A stretch of 64,000 bases of DNA from a virus (lineage: Duplodnaviria > Caudoviricetes): positions 13,242-77,241 of the IMG/VR virus record IMGVR_UViG_3300006151_000007. One strand, given 5' to 3'. The notes below the pieces were generated by a model that saw only the letters and a program-made list of their open reading frames with translations, did no database searches and was not told the origin of the DNA. Of the stretch, positions 36,313 to 46,070 are shown one piece after another (the stretch's first letter is position 1; every line of letters starts with the position of its first letter). Both the position numbers and the translations under genes were made by a program.

Positions 36313-36672
36313 TTGAAAAGAAATGAGATCGACGACCTGTTCCGTTTGCTGGCGATCTTCCGCCCTGGGGACAAGCACCTGTCGGACCCGATGCTGCGCT
36401 CCGCGTGGTTCCTGGTCCTGGAACCGTTCGACCACGACGATGTGAGGGATGCGGTGGCAGGATACTTCAGGGAGAACAAATATTGGCCGGACGTGACGGA
36501 CATCGCGAAACGGTGCCCGCGCCCTGTATGTGCCGGGCCGGCGGGAACGGGCCCTGCGGCAAAGAACGCGATGTGTCTCCCGAGCCTGGAGCGTGTCCGC
36601 AGGCATGACGAATGGATCGACAAGTTCCTCGACGATCTCGATCCAGGCTGGAGGGAGCGTTGGAGGGCATGA
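36313..36672 (+). CDS. Putative helicase loader/replisome organiser partner (G39P-like)
   Basis: AW..VLEPFD.DDVRDAV..Y.RENKYWPDV.DI; position after origin. Confidence 0.55.
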   Translation: MKRNEIDDLFRLLAIFRPGDKHLSDPMLRSAWFLVLEPFDHDDVRDAVAGYFRENKYWPDVTDIAKRCPRPVCAGPAGTGPAAKNAMCLPSLERVRRHDEWIDKFLDDLDPGWRERWRA

Positions 36673-37045
36673 TGGCGAAGCTGGTGGTCCCCGGGCCTCT
36701 GCCGGGGCTGAACGACCTCATCACGGCCGAACGCTCCCACAGGCAGAAGGGCGCAGCCATGAAGCGGCAGGTCCAGCGGGTGGTAGAGCAGTGCGCCAAA
36801 AAGCAGTTGCGCGATTTTCGGCCCACTCGTCCGGTTTGGATGAGCACACCTGGTATGAACGAGACCGCCGCAGGGACAAAGACAACATAAGCTCGTTCGG
36901 GCGGAAGGTGATCCAGGATGGGCTGGTCAAGGCCGGGGTCCTCGCCAATGACGGATGGGCGCAGATAGCGGGCTTTTCTGACGAGTTCCACGTGGACGCG
37001 AAGCGGCCGCGCGTAGAGATCGAGATCGGGGAGGTGACGATATGA
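36669..37045 (+). pseudogene. rusA: RusA-like Holliday junction resolvase with a 1-nt frameshift near 36845
   Basis: N-half (LPGLND...PVWMS) and C-half (TWYERDRRRDKDNI...IQDGLV...DG) lie in different frames. Confidence 0.75.
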
Positions 37046-37422
37046 CAGGACTTTCGAGCGCAGTCGAGCTGTACGACCCATATGGGATCAGCCATGCCGT
37101 CAGGCCGTGGGTCAGCCCGCCGGACCCGCCGGAGCAGGTACATACCTGCGACCCGCAGACGGCGATCGACCGCTGCCTCGACTGCAAACGGAAACGATGC
37201 TATGGGAACTGTGCGCCGCACGAGGGAGAGCAGACGAGGACATGGGGATGCTATGACGAGCTCGACGCTCGGATAGATGCCCTGCTGCGCGCCGGCTTGA
37301 GGAGCGGCCCCATTTGCCAGGAGCTCGGGATCGCGATGAAGGAGCTCAAGAACGCGAAGGCGAGGCTGCGCTACAGGGCCAGACGCGACGCAGCGGAGGG
37401 GAGGAGGGGGAAAGACGGATGA
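37042..37422 (+). CDS. Cys-cluster plus HTH-like hypothetical protein
   Basis: CLDCKRKRCYGNC; C-terminal helix-turn-helix pattern. Confidence 0.55.
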   Translation: MTGLSSAVELYDPYGISHAVRPWVSPPDPPEQVHTCDPQTAIDRCLDCKRKRCYGNCAPHEGEQTRTWGCYDELDARIDALLRAGLRSGPICQELGIAMKELKNAKARLRYRARRDAAEGRRGKDG

Positions 37423-37790
37423 GACCGATCGATGCAGATGGACTTGAGATCGACATGGCGGAAGAAGTGTTCGACGGAGATGGGGGCTATAAGATCTTCG
37501 GGTACAGCAAACGGCAGATCGACGCCGCACCCACCATCGCCTCGCAGCCCAACGACCCGCTCACCCTGGAGGAGCTGAGGGGGATGGACGGGGAGCCGGT
37601 GTGGATAACGCCGGGCGGGTTTTGGGCGTTGGTCATAGCTAAGGCTGATGAGCGCGTTAGACTTAGATGCAATGACGGCGAAACCGTTTGGGCGGATAAA
37701 GAAATCGAATTGGTGGGGCCGGTATACCGCCGCAGGCCGGAGGAGGGGGTTAGGAGAACGATATGCGTTATTCGTGGTGGGGGCATATAA
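37419..37790 (+). CDS. Hypothetical phage protein (MRPIDAD...PLTLEELRGMDGEPVW)
   Basis: Motifs common in phage early regions; ATGA overlap. Confidence 0.6.
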   Translation: MRPIDADGLEIDMAEEVFDGDGGYKIFGYSKRQIDAAPTIASQPNDPLTLEELRGMDGEPVWITPGGFWALVIAKADERVRLRCNDGETVWADKEIELVGPVYRRRPEEGVRRTICVIRGGGI

Positions 37791-38068
37791 AGGCGATCAT
37801 ACGGGCATATCCAGCCCGCCAGGGGAAGGAGCTATCTGGCGTAGCCCTGAGAGATCAGATGGCCGTGCAAGGAGCCATAGAGGCTACAAGACACATGGAT
37901 GGCGGAGAAGCGAGGATGAAGGTCATCAGATTGTTGCACTGGAGCGTTCCGATTACACTCAATTTGAACGGAGTCGCACTTGCTGTCAAGTGTGATAGGG
38001 CCACAGCGGCAAGATGGCAGCGCAAATTCTTTGAAGAAGTGGCGAGGAACCGAGATCTGCTCGATTGA
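37763..38068 (+). CDS. Putative late transcriptional activator (RinA/ArpU position)
   Basis: Last early gene; C-terminal HTH VALAVKCDRATAARW. Confidence 0.6.
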   Translation: MRYSWWGHIKAIIRAYPARQGKELSGVALRDQMAVQGAIEATRHMDGGEARMKVIRLLHWSVPITLNLNGVALAVKCDRATAARWQRKFFEEVARNRDLLD

Positions 38069-38400
38069 AAGATGCGACTTTTTGACCTTGTTTTTATGCG
38101 ATAATAAGGCAGGTGGGAGCCCTCCATCCTCCCACCCATGCTCCTCCTCCTCTTGACCACGAAGGGGCAGCGGGTCTCGGTCCGCTGCCCCGGATGTGGG
38201 AGATGTGCCGTTCTTTGAAGCTCATATCTCTGTGTAGCGGGAAGCGGCAGGGGCTATATGCAGTGGACCGGCGCATGGACCGGGAGCTGCACTGTGAGAG
38301 GAAACGCATGGCGGGGTATGTTCCCGCAGCCTTTTCTATCAGATCAAAATGCAAAACATTCTCCTTGGTTGAGATAGACCTGGAGCAAGAGGTGATGAGA

Positions 38401-38844
38401 GTGGCCCGTGGTAAGTTTGGATATTGGCTGACTGAGGACGGGCTACTGCTGTTGGGCGGGTGGGCCCAGGAGGGGCTGACCGATGAACAGATGGCAGAAA
38501 AGATGGGGATCGTTCCATCAACGCTATACGACTGGAAAAACAAATTCCCAAAGATTTCAGAGGCCCTAAAAAAGGGAAAAGAAATCGTTGATATCCAGGT
38601 CGAAAACGCTTTGCTCAAACGGGCGCTCGGCTATGATTATCAGGAGGAACGGGTCGAGCGTTCTGACAAAGACGGCGTAAAAGTGATCCAGACGTTGAAG
38701 CATGTCCCGCCCGATACGACGGCTCAGATCTTTTGGCTGAAGAACCGCAGGCCAGATAAATGGCGAGACAAGCCGGTCGACGTGAAAGAACAGACCACCG
38801 TGGAAGACCTGACCGCGCTGGCGGAGAAATTGAGGGCTGAATGA
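38401..38844 (+). CDS. terS: Terminase small subunit (GTG start)
   Basis: HTH LTDEQMAEKMGIVPSTLYDW; VENALLKRALG; AQIFWLKNRRPDKWRD. Confidence 0.8.
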   Translation: MARGKFGYWLTEDGLLLLGGWAQEGLTDEQMAEKMGIVPSTLYDWKNKFPKISEALKKGKEIVDIQVENALLKRALGYDYQEERVERSDKDGVKVIQTLKHVPPDTTAQIFWLKNRRPDKWRDKPVDVKEQTTVEDLTALAEKLRAE

Positions 38845-38845
38845 C

Positions 38846-40135
38846 ATGACCCTCACCCAAACCATCCCTTGGTCCGACTTCTCGGACAAGCATAAATACT
38901 ACATCCACAATGCCCTGAAAAGCCGCATCTGCGTGGCGGAGGGGGCGATACGATCCGGAAAGACTATCGACCACTGCATCATCGCCGCAGCGCACCTGGA
39001 GCTGTGTCGGGACAAGATCCACCTCGCGTCCGGCTCCACCATCGGCAATGCCAAGCTGAACATCGGTGTATGCAATGGTTTCGGTTTGGAGGCCCTGTTC
39101 CGTGGCCGCTGTAAGTGGGGCAAATACCGGGACAACGAGGCACTGTTCCTCTACACCCAGACCGGCGAGAAGGTGGTCGTTTTCGCCGGGGGCGGCAAGG
39201 CCGACAGCTACAAGCGTATCTTAGGAAATTCCTACGGTTTGTGGATCGCAACGGAGATCAATGAGCACTACGACAGCGACGACAGTCGGGAGTCGTTTAT
39301 CAAGGTGGCCTTTGGCCGTCAGGCGGCAGCGCAGGACCCGCTGGTGCTGTGGGACCTGAACCCCTGCAACCCGAACCATCGGATCTATGAGGACTACATA
39401 GACCATTACGCAAGGACCGGTCTCTCAGGCTACCTATACGAGCATTTCACCATCGACGATAATCTCTCCATCTCCAACGAGCGTCGGGAGGAGATCAAGG
39501 CGCAGTACGATCCGTCCAGCATCTGGTACAAGCGGGACATCCTTGGGCAGCGGTGCGTGGCCGAGGGCCTGGTGTATCCCATGTTCAGCGAAGAGGGCCA
39601 CGTGGTGGACGAGATACCCTGGCAAGCCCTCCAGCGGGGGAGATGGTATATCTCGGTAGATTATGGCACAGTGAACCCGACCTCGGCGGGGCTTTGGTGC
39701 CTGTGGCGGGGGACGGCGTATCGCGCCGGCGAATATTACTATGACAGCAGGAAGCCTGGGAACCATCAGCGCACGGATGAAGAGCATTATGCAGGTCTGG
39801 AGGAGCTGGCCGGAGACAAGAAGATAGATCGGATCGTCGTGGACCCATCCGCAGCCAGCTTCAAGGAGACGATCCGGAGGCACGGGAGGTTCGCCGTGTG
39901 GGACGCAGACAACAGCGTCGTGGATGGCATCCGGTTGACGGCGTCGCTGTTGCAGGCCGGTCGGATCCTGATCCACAGGGACTGCAGGGGCCTGCTGTCG
40001 GAGATCGCCGCATACCGCTGGGACACGGAAGCGTCGATGGATACGGTGATAAAAGAAGCGGATCACGCCTGTGACGACATGCGGTACTTCTGCTCCACTA
40101 TCATGGCGCGGGAAGTGCGGTCTGCGGGCATATGA
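38846..40135 (+). CDS. terL: Terminase large subunit (PBSX-like)
   Basis: EGAIRSGKT Walker A; SVDYGTVNP; DHACDDMRY. Confidence 0.92.
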   Translation: MTLTQTIPWSDFSDKHKYYIHNALKSRICVAEGAIRSGKTIDHCIIAAAHLELCRDKIHLASGSTIGNAKLNIGVCNGFGLEALFRGRCKWGKYRDNEALFLYTQTGEKVVVFAGGGKADSYKRILGNSYGLWIATEINEHYDSDDSRESFIKVAFGRQAAAQDPLVLWDLNPCNPNHRIYEDYIDHYARTGLSGYLYEHFTIDDNLSISNERREEIKAQYDPSSIWYKRDILGQRCVAEGLVYPMFSEEGHVVDEIPWQALQRGRWYISVDYGTVNPTSAGLWCLWRGTAYRAGEYYYDSRKPGNHQRTDEEHYAGLEELAGDKKIDRIVVDPSAASFKETIRRHGRFAVWDADNSVVDGIRLTASLLQAGRILIHRDCRGLLSEIAAYRWDTEASMDTVIKEADHACDDMRYFCSTIMAREVRSAGI

Positions 40136-40180
40136 CAGGGACATTTCGATGGGCTATCAAAAAAGAGGAGGATATCTAGC

Positions 40181-40555
40181 ATGAACGAACTGAAAGTGTT
40201 CAACTATGAGAGCAATGAGGTCCGCACCATCATGCGTGATGGGGAGCCGTGGTTCGTGCTCAAGGATGTGTGCCGGATCTTGGACATATCAGACCACAAG
40301 GTCGTTGCTAGGCGATTGGATAAGGATGAGGTGTGCCAAACACCCATCACCGATAGCATGGGTCGCAAACAGGATACGACCATCATCAACGAGTCGGGCC
40401 TGTACAACGTCTGGGACACCAATGCTGTTGACCGTGGCGAGGATGTGCCGCTCAAGGAAAACGACCACTGCATGGATGCCGTGCGATATATGGTGAAGAC
40501 CTTGCGCCTTGTCAAAAAATCTGCCGAAAAGGAACACAGGTCTATTTGGGATTAG
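40181..40555 (+). pseudogene. Chimera: BRO-N N-terminus fused to a foreign TerL C-terminus
   Basis: MNELKVFNYESNEVR...NESGLYN then VWDTNAVDRGEDVPLKENDHCMDAVRY. Confidence 0.75.
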
Positions 40556-40565
40556 GAGGATGAAG

Positions 40566-40808
40566 ATGGGAATCCATCCATATGAACAGAAGATAGAGTT
40601 AAAACCTTGCCCGTTTTGTGGCACTCCAATGAATACAGGCAACCATTTCGGGCTTTTTGGATGGCACGAGCCAGATTGCTTCTTTTTCTATCTCGACGAG
40701 CATGAAGTGGATATGTACGAAGAAGATATATTTCCGGGGTTTATTTCCGCATGGAACAAAAGATACGAGCAGAAAAGGGAAAACGTAAATGCAGACAGGC
40801 AACATTGA
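40566..40808 (+). CDS. Lar-like zinc-finger protein
   Basis: ELKPCPFCG...AWNKR. Confidence 0.6.
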   Translation: MGIHPYEQKIELKPCPFCGTPMNTGNHFGLFGWHEPDCFFFYLDEHEVDMYEEDIFPGFISAWNKRYEQKRENVNADRQH

Positions 40809-41013
40809 AAATATCTCTTTTTCTAAATTCCGTTGTAACGGCTGCGGAATGGTGTTCAGCATTGTGGAGCCAAAAGAGATTTGCCCGGAATGCGGATTAT
40901 TCTTTTGCGAAGCGTGTGCCAAAAGCGGAAAATATTCAAGCAATAAGTTGAAGAATATGGGAAATGTAGGAGGCGAGCCGCCGAATTGTAAATCACATAT
41001 CAAGGTCTGGTAG
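40789..41013 (+). CDS. Zinc-ribbon protein
   Basis: CNGC, CPEC, CEAC. Confidence 0.5.
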   Translation: MQTGNIENISFSKFRCNGCGMVFSIVEPKEICPECGLFFCEACAKSGKYSSNKLKNMGNVGGEPPNCKSHIKVW

Positions 41014-41108
41014 ACTGCGGACAGGACGAACGCCGTCGAATGGATCTTATCCGTTCCGTGGTGGATCAGCACCGCAGCAGCGAAGCGTATAAGATCGCCG
41101 CTAAATGA
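40992..41108 (+). pseudogene. N-terminal relic of a foreign SPP1-type portal gene
   Basis: ITYQGLVDCGQDERRRMDLIRSVVDQHRSSEAYKIAA resembles recalled TYQD...RMDF...H.SS..YK portal starts. Confidence 0.55.
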
Positions 41109-41121
41109 GAGGAGCATCATC

Positions 41122-41880
41122 ATGAACGAACTGCAAATCATGAACATCAAGGGTATCAAGTGCTATGAGAAGGATGGCGTTGTGTACCTGGACCTCGAAA
41201 CCTGTGCTCGTGGGTTGGGGTTTACGCAAGAGAAGAGCGGTGTGGAATATGTCCGTTGGGAAACGGTGAACGGTTATTTGGAGGAAATTGGTTTTCCCAA
41301 GAAGTTGGGAAAGGGTGATTTTATCCCCGAAAACATCTTCTACCGCCTTGCCATGAAGGCAAAGAACGCCGTCGCGGAGGCGTTCCAAGCCAAGATCGCC
41401 GATGAGGTCATCCCCTCCATCCGCCGCAACGGCGGATACATCCACGGGCAGGAGAACATGACGCCGGAGGAGTTGATGGCAAAAGCGCTGATGGTGGCGC
41501 AAAAGACTTTGGCCGACCGGGAGGCCCGCATCTCGGCACTGGAGATCGCCAACTCCGCCCTGACAGTGGAGACGCAGGTCATGAAGCCCAAAGCGGACTA
41601 CTTCGACGAACTGGTTGATCGGAACCTGCTGACCAATTTCCGGGAGACGGCGAAGCAGTTGGAGGTCAGGGAGCGGGACTTCATCCAGTTCCTGACCAAC
41701 AAGAAGTACATCTACCGGGACAAGCGTGGCAAGCTGATGCCCTATGCCCAGCATGTGGATAGCGGCCTGTTCGAGGTCAAGGAGTGCTTCAACGAAAAGA
41801 CCCAGTGGAGCGGCACCCAGACGATGGTGACGCCCAAGGGTCGGGAGACCTTCCGGCTGCTGTTCGTCGGGGCGGCGTGA
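41122..41880 (+). CDS. Antirepressor (BRO-like N-terminus + ANT/KilAC C-terminus)
   Basis: FIPENIFYRL...DEVIPSIRRNGGY; MKPKADYFD...RETAK...QTMVTPKG. Confidence 0.9.
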   Translation: MNELQIMNIKGIKCYEKDGVVYLDLETCARGLGFTQEKSGVEYVRWETVNGYLEEIGFPKKLGKGDFIPENIFYRLAMKAKNAVAEAFQAKIADEVIPSIRRNGGYIHGQENMTPEELMAKALMVAQKTLADREARISALEIANSALTVETQVMKPKADYFDELVDRNLLTNFRETAKQLEVRERDFIQFLTNKKYIYRDKRGKLMPYAQHVDSGLFEVKECFNEKTQWSGTQTMVTPKGRETFRLLFVGAA

Positions 41881-41915
41881 ATGGCTCGGCTATCAAAAAG
41901 AGGAGGATATCCGTC

Positions 41916-42536
41916 ATGAACGAACTGAAAGTGTTCAACTATGAGAGCAATGAGGTCCGCACCATCATGCGTGATGGGGAGCCGTGGTTCGTGCTCAAGG
42001 ATGTGTGTATGGTGCTGGGCATTGCGAACCATAAGAATGTTGCGGCTAGGCTTGAGGATGATGAAAAAGATGGGGTCCGTATGGCGGACCCCATCGGACG
42101 GATGCAGGATACGACCATCATCAACGAGTCGGGCCTGTACGACGTCATCCTCCGTTCTGACAAGCCGGAAGCCAGGCCCTTCCGAAAGTGGGTGACGGGC
42201 ACCGTCCTCCCGGCGATCCGTAAGACCGGCTCGTACAGCGCCGACGTCCTGACGGACGGAACGAAGGCCGCGCTTGCCGAAGCCAAAGCCAAAAACGCCC
42301 GGGCCCGCGTGGCTTCCATGTGGATGAAGCTGGCCAAGGAAAACCCCATCCCGGAGTACAAGGCGATCTGTGCCCATTATGCCAGCGCGGAGCTGACCGG
42401 CGGGCAAGCGGTGCTCCCTCTCCCCGAGGCGACGGAGCGTACATACAGTGCCGCCGAGGTCGGAGAGCTGCTGGATGGCATAAGCGCCGATATAGTGGGG
42501 CGCATGGCGAACCAGGCCCCCGCGATCTTGATATGA
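41916..42536 (+). CDS. BRO-N protein
   Basis: INESGLYDVILRSDKPEARPFRKWVTGTVLPAIRKTGSY. Confidence 0.85.
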   Translation: MNELKVFNYESNEVRTIMRDGEPWFVLKDVCMVLGIANHKNVAARLEDDEKDGVRMADPIGRMQDTTIINESGLYDVILRSDKPEARPFRKWVTGTVLPAIRKTGSYSADVLTDGTKAALAEAKAKNARARVASMWMKLAKENPIPEYKAICAHYASAELTGGQAVLPLPEATERTYSAAEVGELLDGISADIVGRMANQAPAILI

Positions 42537-42572
42537 GGCGGGGGAGATATCGCATCCAAGAGAGGGAGATAC

Positions 42573-43985
42573 ATGGGCATCATCGAATGGGCGCTGAACA
42601 AGTTCGGCTACACGAAACAGGATAGAGTGACGATCCCTGCCGGGACCATCGAGAAGGAGTTCAGTGTGCTCCCTGCCGCCTCCCGGAAGATGGAGGACGC
42701 TATCGACCTCTGGTATTCCATGTATATCGACCACCCTCCCTGGGAGAGCTGCGATGTGCGGCCGCTGGGATTGCCGGGGGCCATCGGTCGGGAGCTGGCC
42801 CGTCATGCGTTGACGGAGTTCTCTGTGGCCGTGTCCGGCAGCGAAAGGGCGAAGTACATCGACCGGCAGATGCAACTGGCGGTGGCAAGGTTCGGGATCG
42901 ATCTGGAGCTGGGCCTCTGCCTGGGCGGGGTGTGCCTCAAGCCGTACCCGGAAGATGGCCGCATCTTGGTGGACGCTTTCACAACGCGCTTCACGCCGAC
43001 CCGCTTCGATGGGGCCGGCAAGGCGATAGGCGGCGTGTTTGAGAGCAAACCTGTGCGCCAGGGAAAAGACTGGTTCGTCAAGCTGGAGTACCACGACTTC
43101 CAGATACGCGAGGATGGCAGCAAGGTCTACGTGGTGGAAAACAAAGCATTCCGCAGCGGACGGGACGGCGGGATCGGTACTCAGGTCCCTCTCGATGCCA
43201 TAAAGGAATGGGCAGGACTGGAGGAGCATAAGGAGATCGAAGGTCTGACCGGCCCGCTGTTCTCCTATTTCAAGCCGCCGATAGCCAATCGGGTGGAGCC
43301 AGATTCGCCTATGGGGGTCTCCGTGTATTCCGGAGCGGTGATGGACCTCATACGGGAAGCGGACCTGCAGTGGGAGCGTATCTGGTGGGAGTTCAAGAGC
43401 GGGGAGCGGAAGATCTTCTCAGATGCCACGCAGATCGATGCAGGACAGATCGGGGACCGCCTTTTCCTGAAAGGCTCTTTTACCAGGGATGGGAACCTGT
43501 TCGAGCAGTTCAGCCCGGAGCTGCGGAACACCGCGCTATATGACGGGCTCCAATATATCTTGAAGATCATCGAGTTCAATGTGGGGCTCGCTTTCGGAAC
43601 GATCTCCGACCCGCAGTCCGTCAACAAGACGGCCACCGAGGAGATCATGACCAAACACCGGCAGTATGTGACGGAGGACTGCATCCAGAAAACGTTCCAG
43701 ACGACATTGGACGATCTGATCTACGCTATGGACGCGTGGTGCGACCTGGCGCAGCTTGCTCCGGCTGGGGAGTACAGCGTGGGATACAACTGGGGCGACG
43801 GGGTCCTGGACGATCCTGAGACCAGACGGCAGGACATGGCCATGGGGCTCCAGCTCCTTCACGCCTCCGTTATTGGGCCGGTGGAATACCGTATGCGCTA
43901 CTTCGGCGAAGACGAGGAGACCGCCCGGAAGATGCTGCCGGATATGGAAGATATGACGGATGAGGAACAGGACGAGGTGGAGTAA
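42573..43985 (+). CDS. Portal protein (A118-like)
   Basis: Size, position, TATE motif, acidic tail. Confidence 0.85.
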   Translation: MGIIEWALNKFGYTKQDRVTIPAGTIEKEFSVLPAASRKMEDAIDLWYSMYIDHPPWESCDVRPLGLPGAIGRELARHALTEFSVAVSGSERAKYIDRQMQLAVARFGIDLELGLCLGGVCLKPYPEDGRILVDAFTTRFTPTRFDGAGKAIGGVFESKPVRQGKDWFVKLEYHDFQIREDGSKVYVVENKAFRSGRDGGIGTQVPLDAIKEWAGLEEHKEIEGLTGPLFSYFKPPIANRVEPDSPMGVSVYSGAVMDLIREADLQWERIWWEFKSGERKIFSDATQIDAGQIGDRLFLKGSFTRDGNLFEQFSPELRNTALYDGLQYILKIIEFNVGLAFGTISDPQSVNKTATEEIMTKHRQYVTEDCIQKTFQTTLDDLIYAMDAWCDLAQLAPAGEYSVGYNWGDGVLDDPETRRQDMAMGLQLLHASVIGPVEYRMRYFGEDEETARKMLPDMEDMTDEEQDEVE

Positions 43986-45794
43986 ATGCCGCGCTATCCG
44001 TTCAGCCCGGAGATATTGGATGCCCTCCCCGAAGAGCTGGCGGAGCTGTTCCGGGGCCTGGAACTGAAGCTGCTGGAAGAGATCTGCTCCAGGCTTCGTC
44101 TGGCCGGCGAGCTGAACGAGGTCACGGTCCAGGACGTCCGGGCTTTGCGCTCCCACGGCGTGGATCTGGAGGACATCAAGAGGGCCATCTCCAAGACGAC
44201 CGGCGTCGGCATGGACAAGCTGGAGGCCCTGTTGGACGATGTAGTGGCGCGCAATCAAAGATACTACACATCGATGATCGATATCGCACAGGTGACTTTT
44301 CCGCAGAGGCTGGTGGACGAACGGGATATCGACGCTATCCGGCGACAGACTGTCGATGGATTCACCAACCTCACCCGGTCCATGGGGTTCCTGGTACGGG
44401 ACGGACGGCACAAGGTCATGCTTCCGCCAGCAAAGGCGTACCAGTGGGCCCTGGACAGCGCGGAGCTCCAGATACAGTCCGGGGCCATCAGCTACACCCA
44501 AGCCATCGGCGGGGCGGTCAAACAGTTGGCGGAGCGGGGGATGTGCGTCGCCTATGACGAAAGCGGGAACGTGCTCCCCAATCGGGTGGCCTATGAGAGC
44601 GGGCACATCGACCATCTGGACGTGGCCGTCCGGCGGGCGGTCATGACCGGCGTCAACCAGCTCAACCAGCAGTACCGGGAGCAGTCCATGGACTGTCTGG
44701 AGACGGACCTTGTGGAGGTCACGGCCCACTCCGGGGCACGGGACACGGACGGCCCCAACGGCTGGGAGAACCATGCGGCGTGGCAGGGGAAGGTGTACCG
44801 CTGGAGCGCGAAGCCGAAGACCTCCAAAGGCGTCTACCCGGATTTTGCAAAGACCTGCGGATATGGGAGCGTTACCGGCATCGGCGGGGCCAACTGCCGC
44901 CATTCCTGGTGGCCGTTCGTCGAGGGCGTCAGCGAACGCGCCTACACGGACGGGGACCTCGCCGCCATCGACCCGGAGCCCTTCCGGTATGAGGGCCGCA
45001 CCTACACTGCCTACCAGGCCACCCAGAAGCAGCGGGAGATCGAACGTACCGTGCGGAAGCTGGAGCGGACAAAGACCGCATACACTGCCGCGGGGCTCAC
45101 CGGTCAGGCAGACGCCGCGAGCATCCGCCTGGGGCGGCTGAAGAAGGAGTACCGGAAGTTCAGTAGGGCCGCAGGGCTGAAGGAACAGCGAGAGCGGATG
45201 CGGGTGCTGGATAGAAGCGGAGCGGCCTCCCGTGGGCAGAGCGCAGGAAGCAGCGTTGCAGGCAGGCCGGGAAGACCGGTGCAGATCGGAACGGTGGATT
45301 TCTCCGACAAAAGGGCGGTTCTTACCCAGATGGATGCAGCGCAGAAAGAAACCGAACCGCTGGACTACGAGGTCAACCGCACCGTGACGGCGGACGGAAA
45401 GGTCTGGCGCGTTGTGGGCGAGGCCGGGGAAGTTCATCCGGAGAGTATTCCCAGCAGTCTGACTGGGTCCTACTCCTATCACAATCACCCGGCGGCACAA
45501 ACCTGGTTCTCTTTCAGCGCAGAGGATGTGCGGTTCTTCTTCGAAAGTAGGCAGGCATATTCCAAAGCATCTGATTATTTATATGAATATATCATGGAAA
45601 GAACACCGGATACTCTTGCAGTATCACCGGATGTGGTGTATCATAGGTTCAAAGAGATTTTCAAGACAGACGTTTTTCAACTTTCCGATGAAGGGAAGAT
45701 CAATATTGACGAAGATGGGTTCCATGAAGTCATGCGGCGATTAAGCCGAGAATTTCGCTTTCAGTACAGGAGGGTAAAAACAAATGGCAGTTAA
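43986..45794 (+). CDS. Minor capsid protein (MuF-like) with C-terminal extension
   Basis: LVEVTAHSGAR...NCRHSW; extra domain with YHNHP...FSAED. Confidence 0.8.
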   Translation: MPRYPFSPEILDALPEELAELFRGLELKLLEEICSRLRLAGELNEVTVQDVRALRSHGVDLEDIKRAISKTTGVGMDKLEALLDDVVARNQRYYTSMIDIAQVTFPQRLVDERDIDAIRRQTVDGFTNLTRSMGFLVRDGRHKVMLPPAKAYQWALDSAELQIQSGAISYTQAIGGAVKQLAERGMCVAYDESGNVLPNRVAYESGHIDHLDVAVRRAVMTGVNQLNQQYREQSMDCLETDLVEVTAHSGARDTDGPNGWENHAAWQGKVYRWSAKPKTSKGVYPDFAKTCGYGSVTGIGGANCRHSWWPFVEGVSERAYTDGDLAAIDPEPFRYEGRTYTAYQATQKQREIERTVRKLERTKTAYTAAGLTGQADAASIRLGRLKKEYRKFSRAAGLKEQRERMRVLDRSGAASRGQSAGSSVAGRPGRPVQIGTVDFSDKRAVLTQMDAAQKETEPLDYEVNRTVTADGKVWRVVGEAGEVHPESIPSSLTGSYSYHNHPAAQTWFSFSAEDVRFFFESRQAYSKASDYLYEYIMERTPDTLAVSPDVVYHRFKEIFKTDVFQLSDEGKINIDEDGFHEVMRRLSREFRFQYRRVKTNGS

Positions 45795-46011
45795 TAAAGA
45801 TCATCCCGATTACCCGGTATACTCAAGAAAGCATAAAGACTTGTGGGACGCGTATTTGAAACTGGAAGAGGAGGAGCTTGAAAAGTATCCTGAGTATCAC
45901 GGACTGGACCATCCGGCCTGTGTCACGTTGCGGCCTTTTTATCGGAAGTTTAGTGAAGATATCAAGGCCCTGCAAAAGGAATACGCGTATCTATTTACGG
46001 AGGAGAAATAG
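45784..46011 (+). CDS. 75-aa putative immunity protein
   Basis: Overlaps the stop of the extended minor capsid gene; AT-richer. Confidence 0.5.
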   Translation: MAVNKDHPDYPVYSRKHKDLWDAYLKLEEEELEKYPEYHGLDHPACVTLRPFYRKFSEDIKALQKEYAYLFTEEK

Positions 46012-46070
46012 CATCAACACACTGCAAACCGTGAATATCTAGCGTCATAGAAATGAATATGGAGCGCCAA

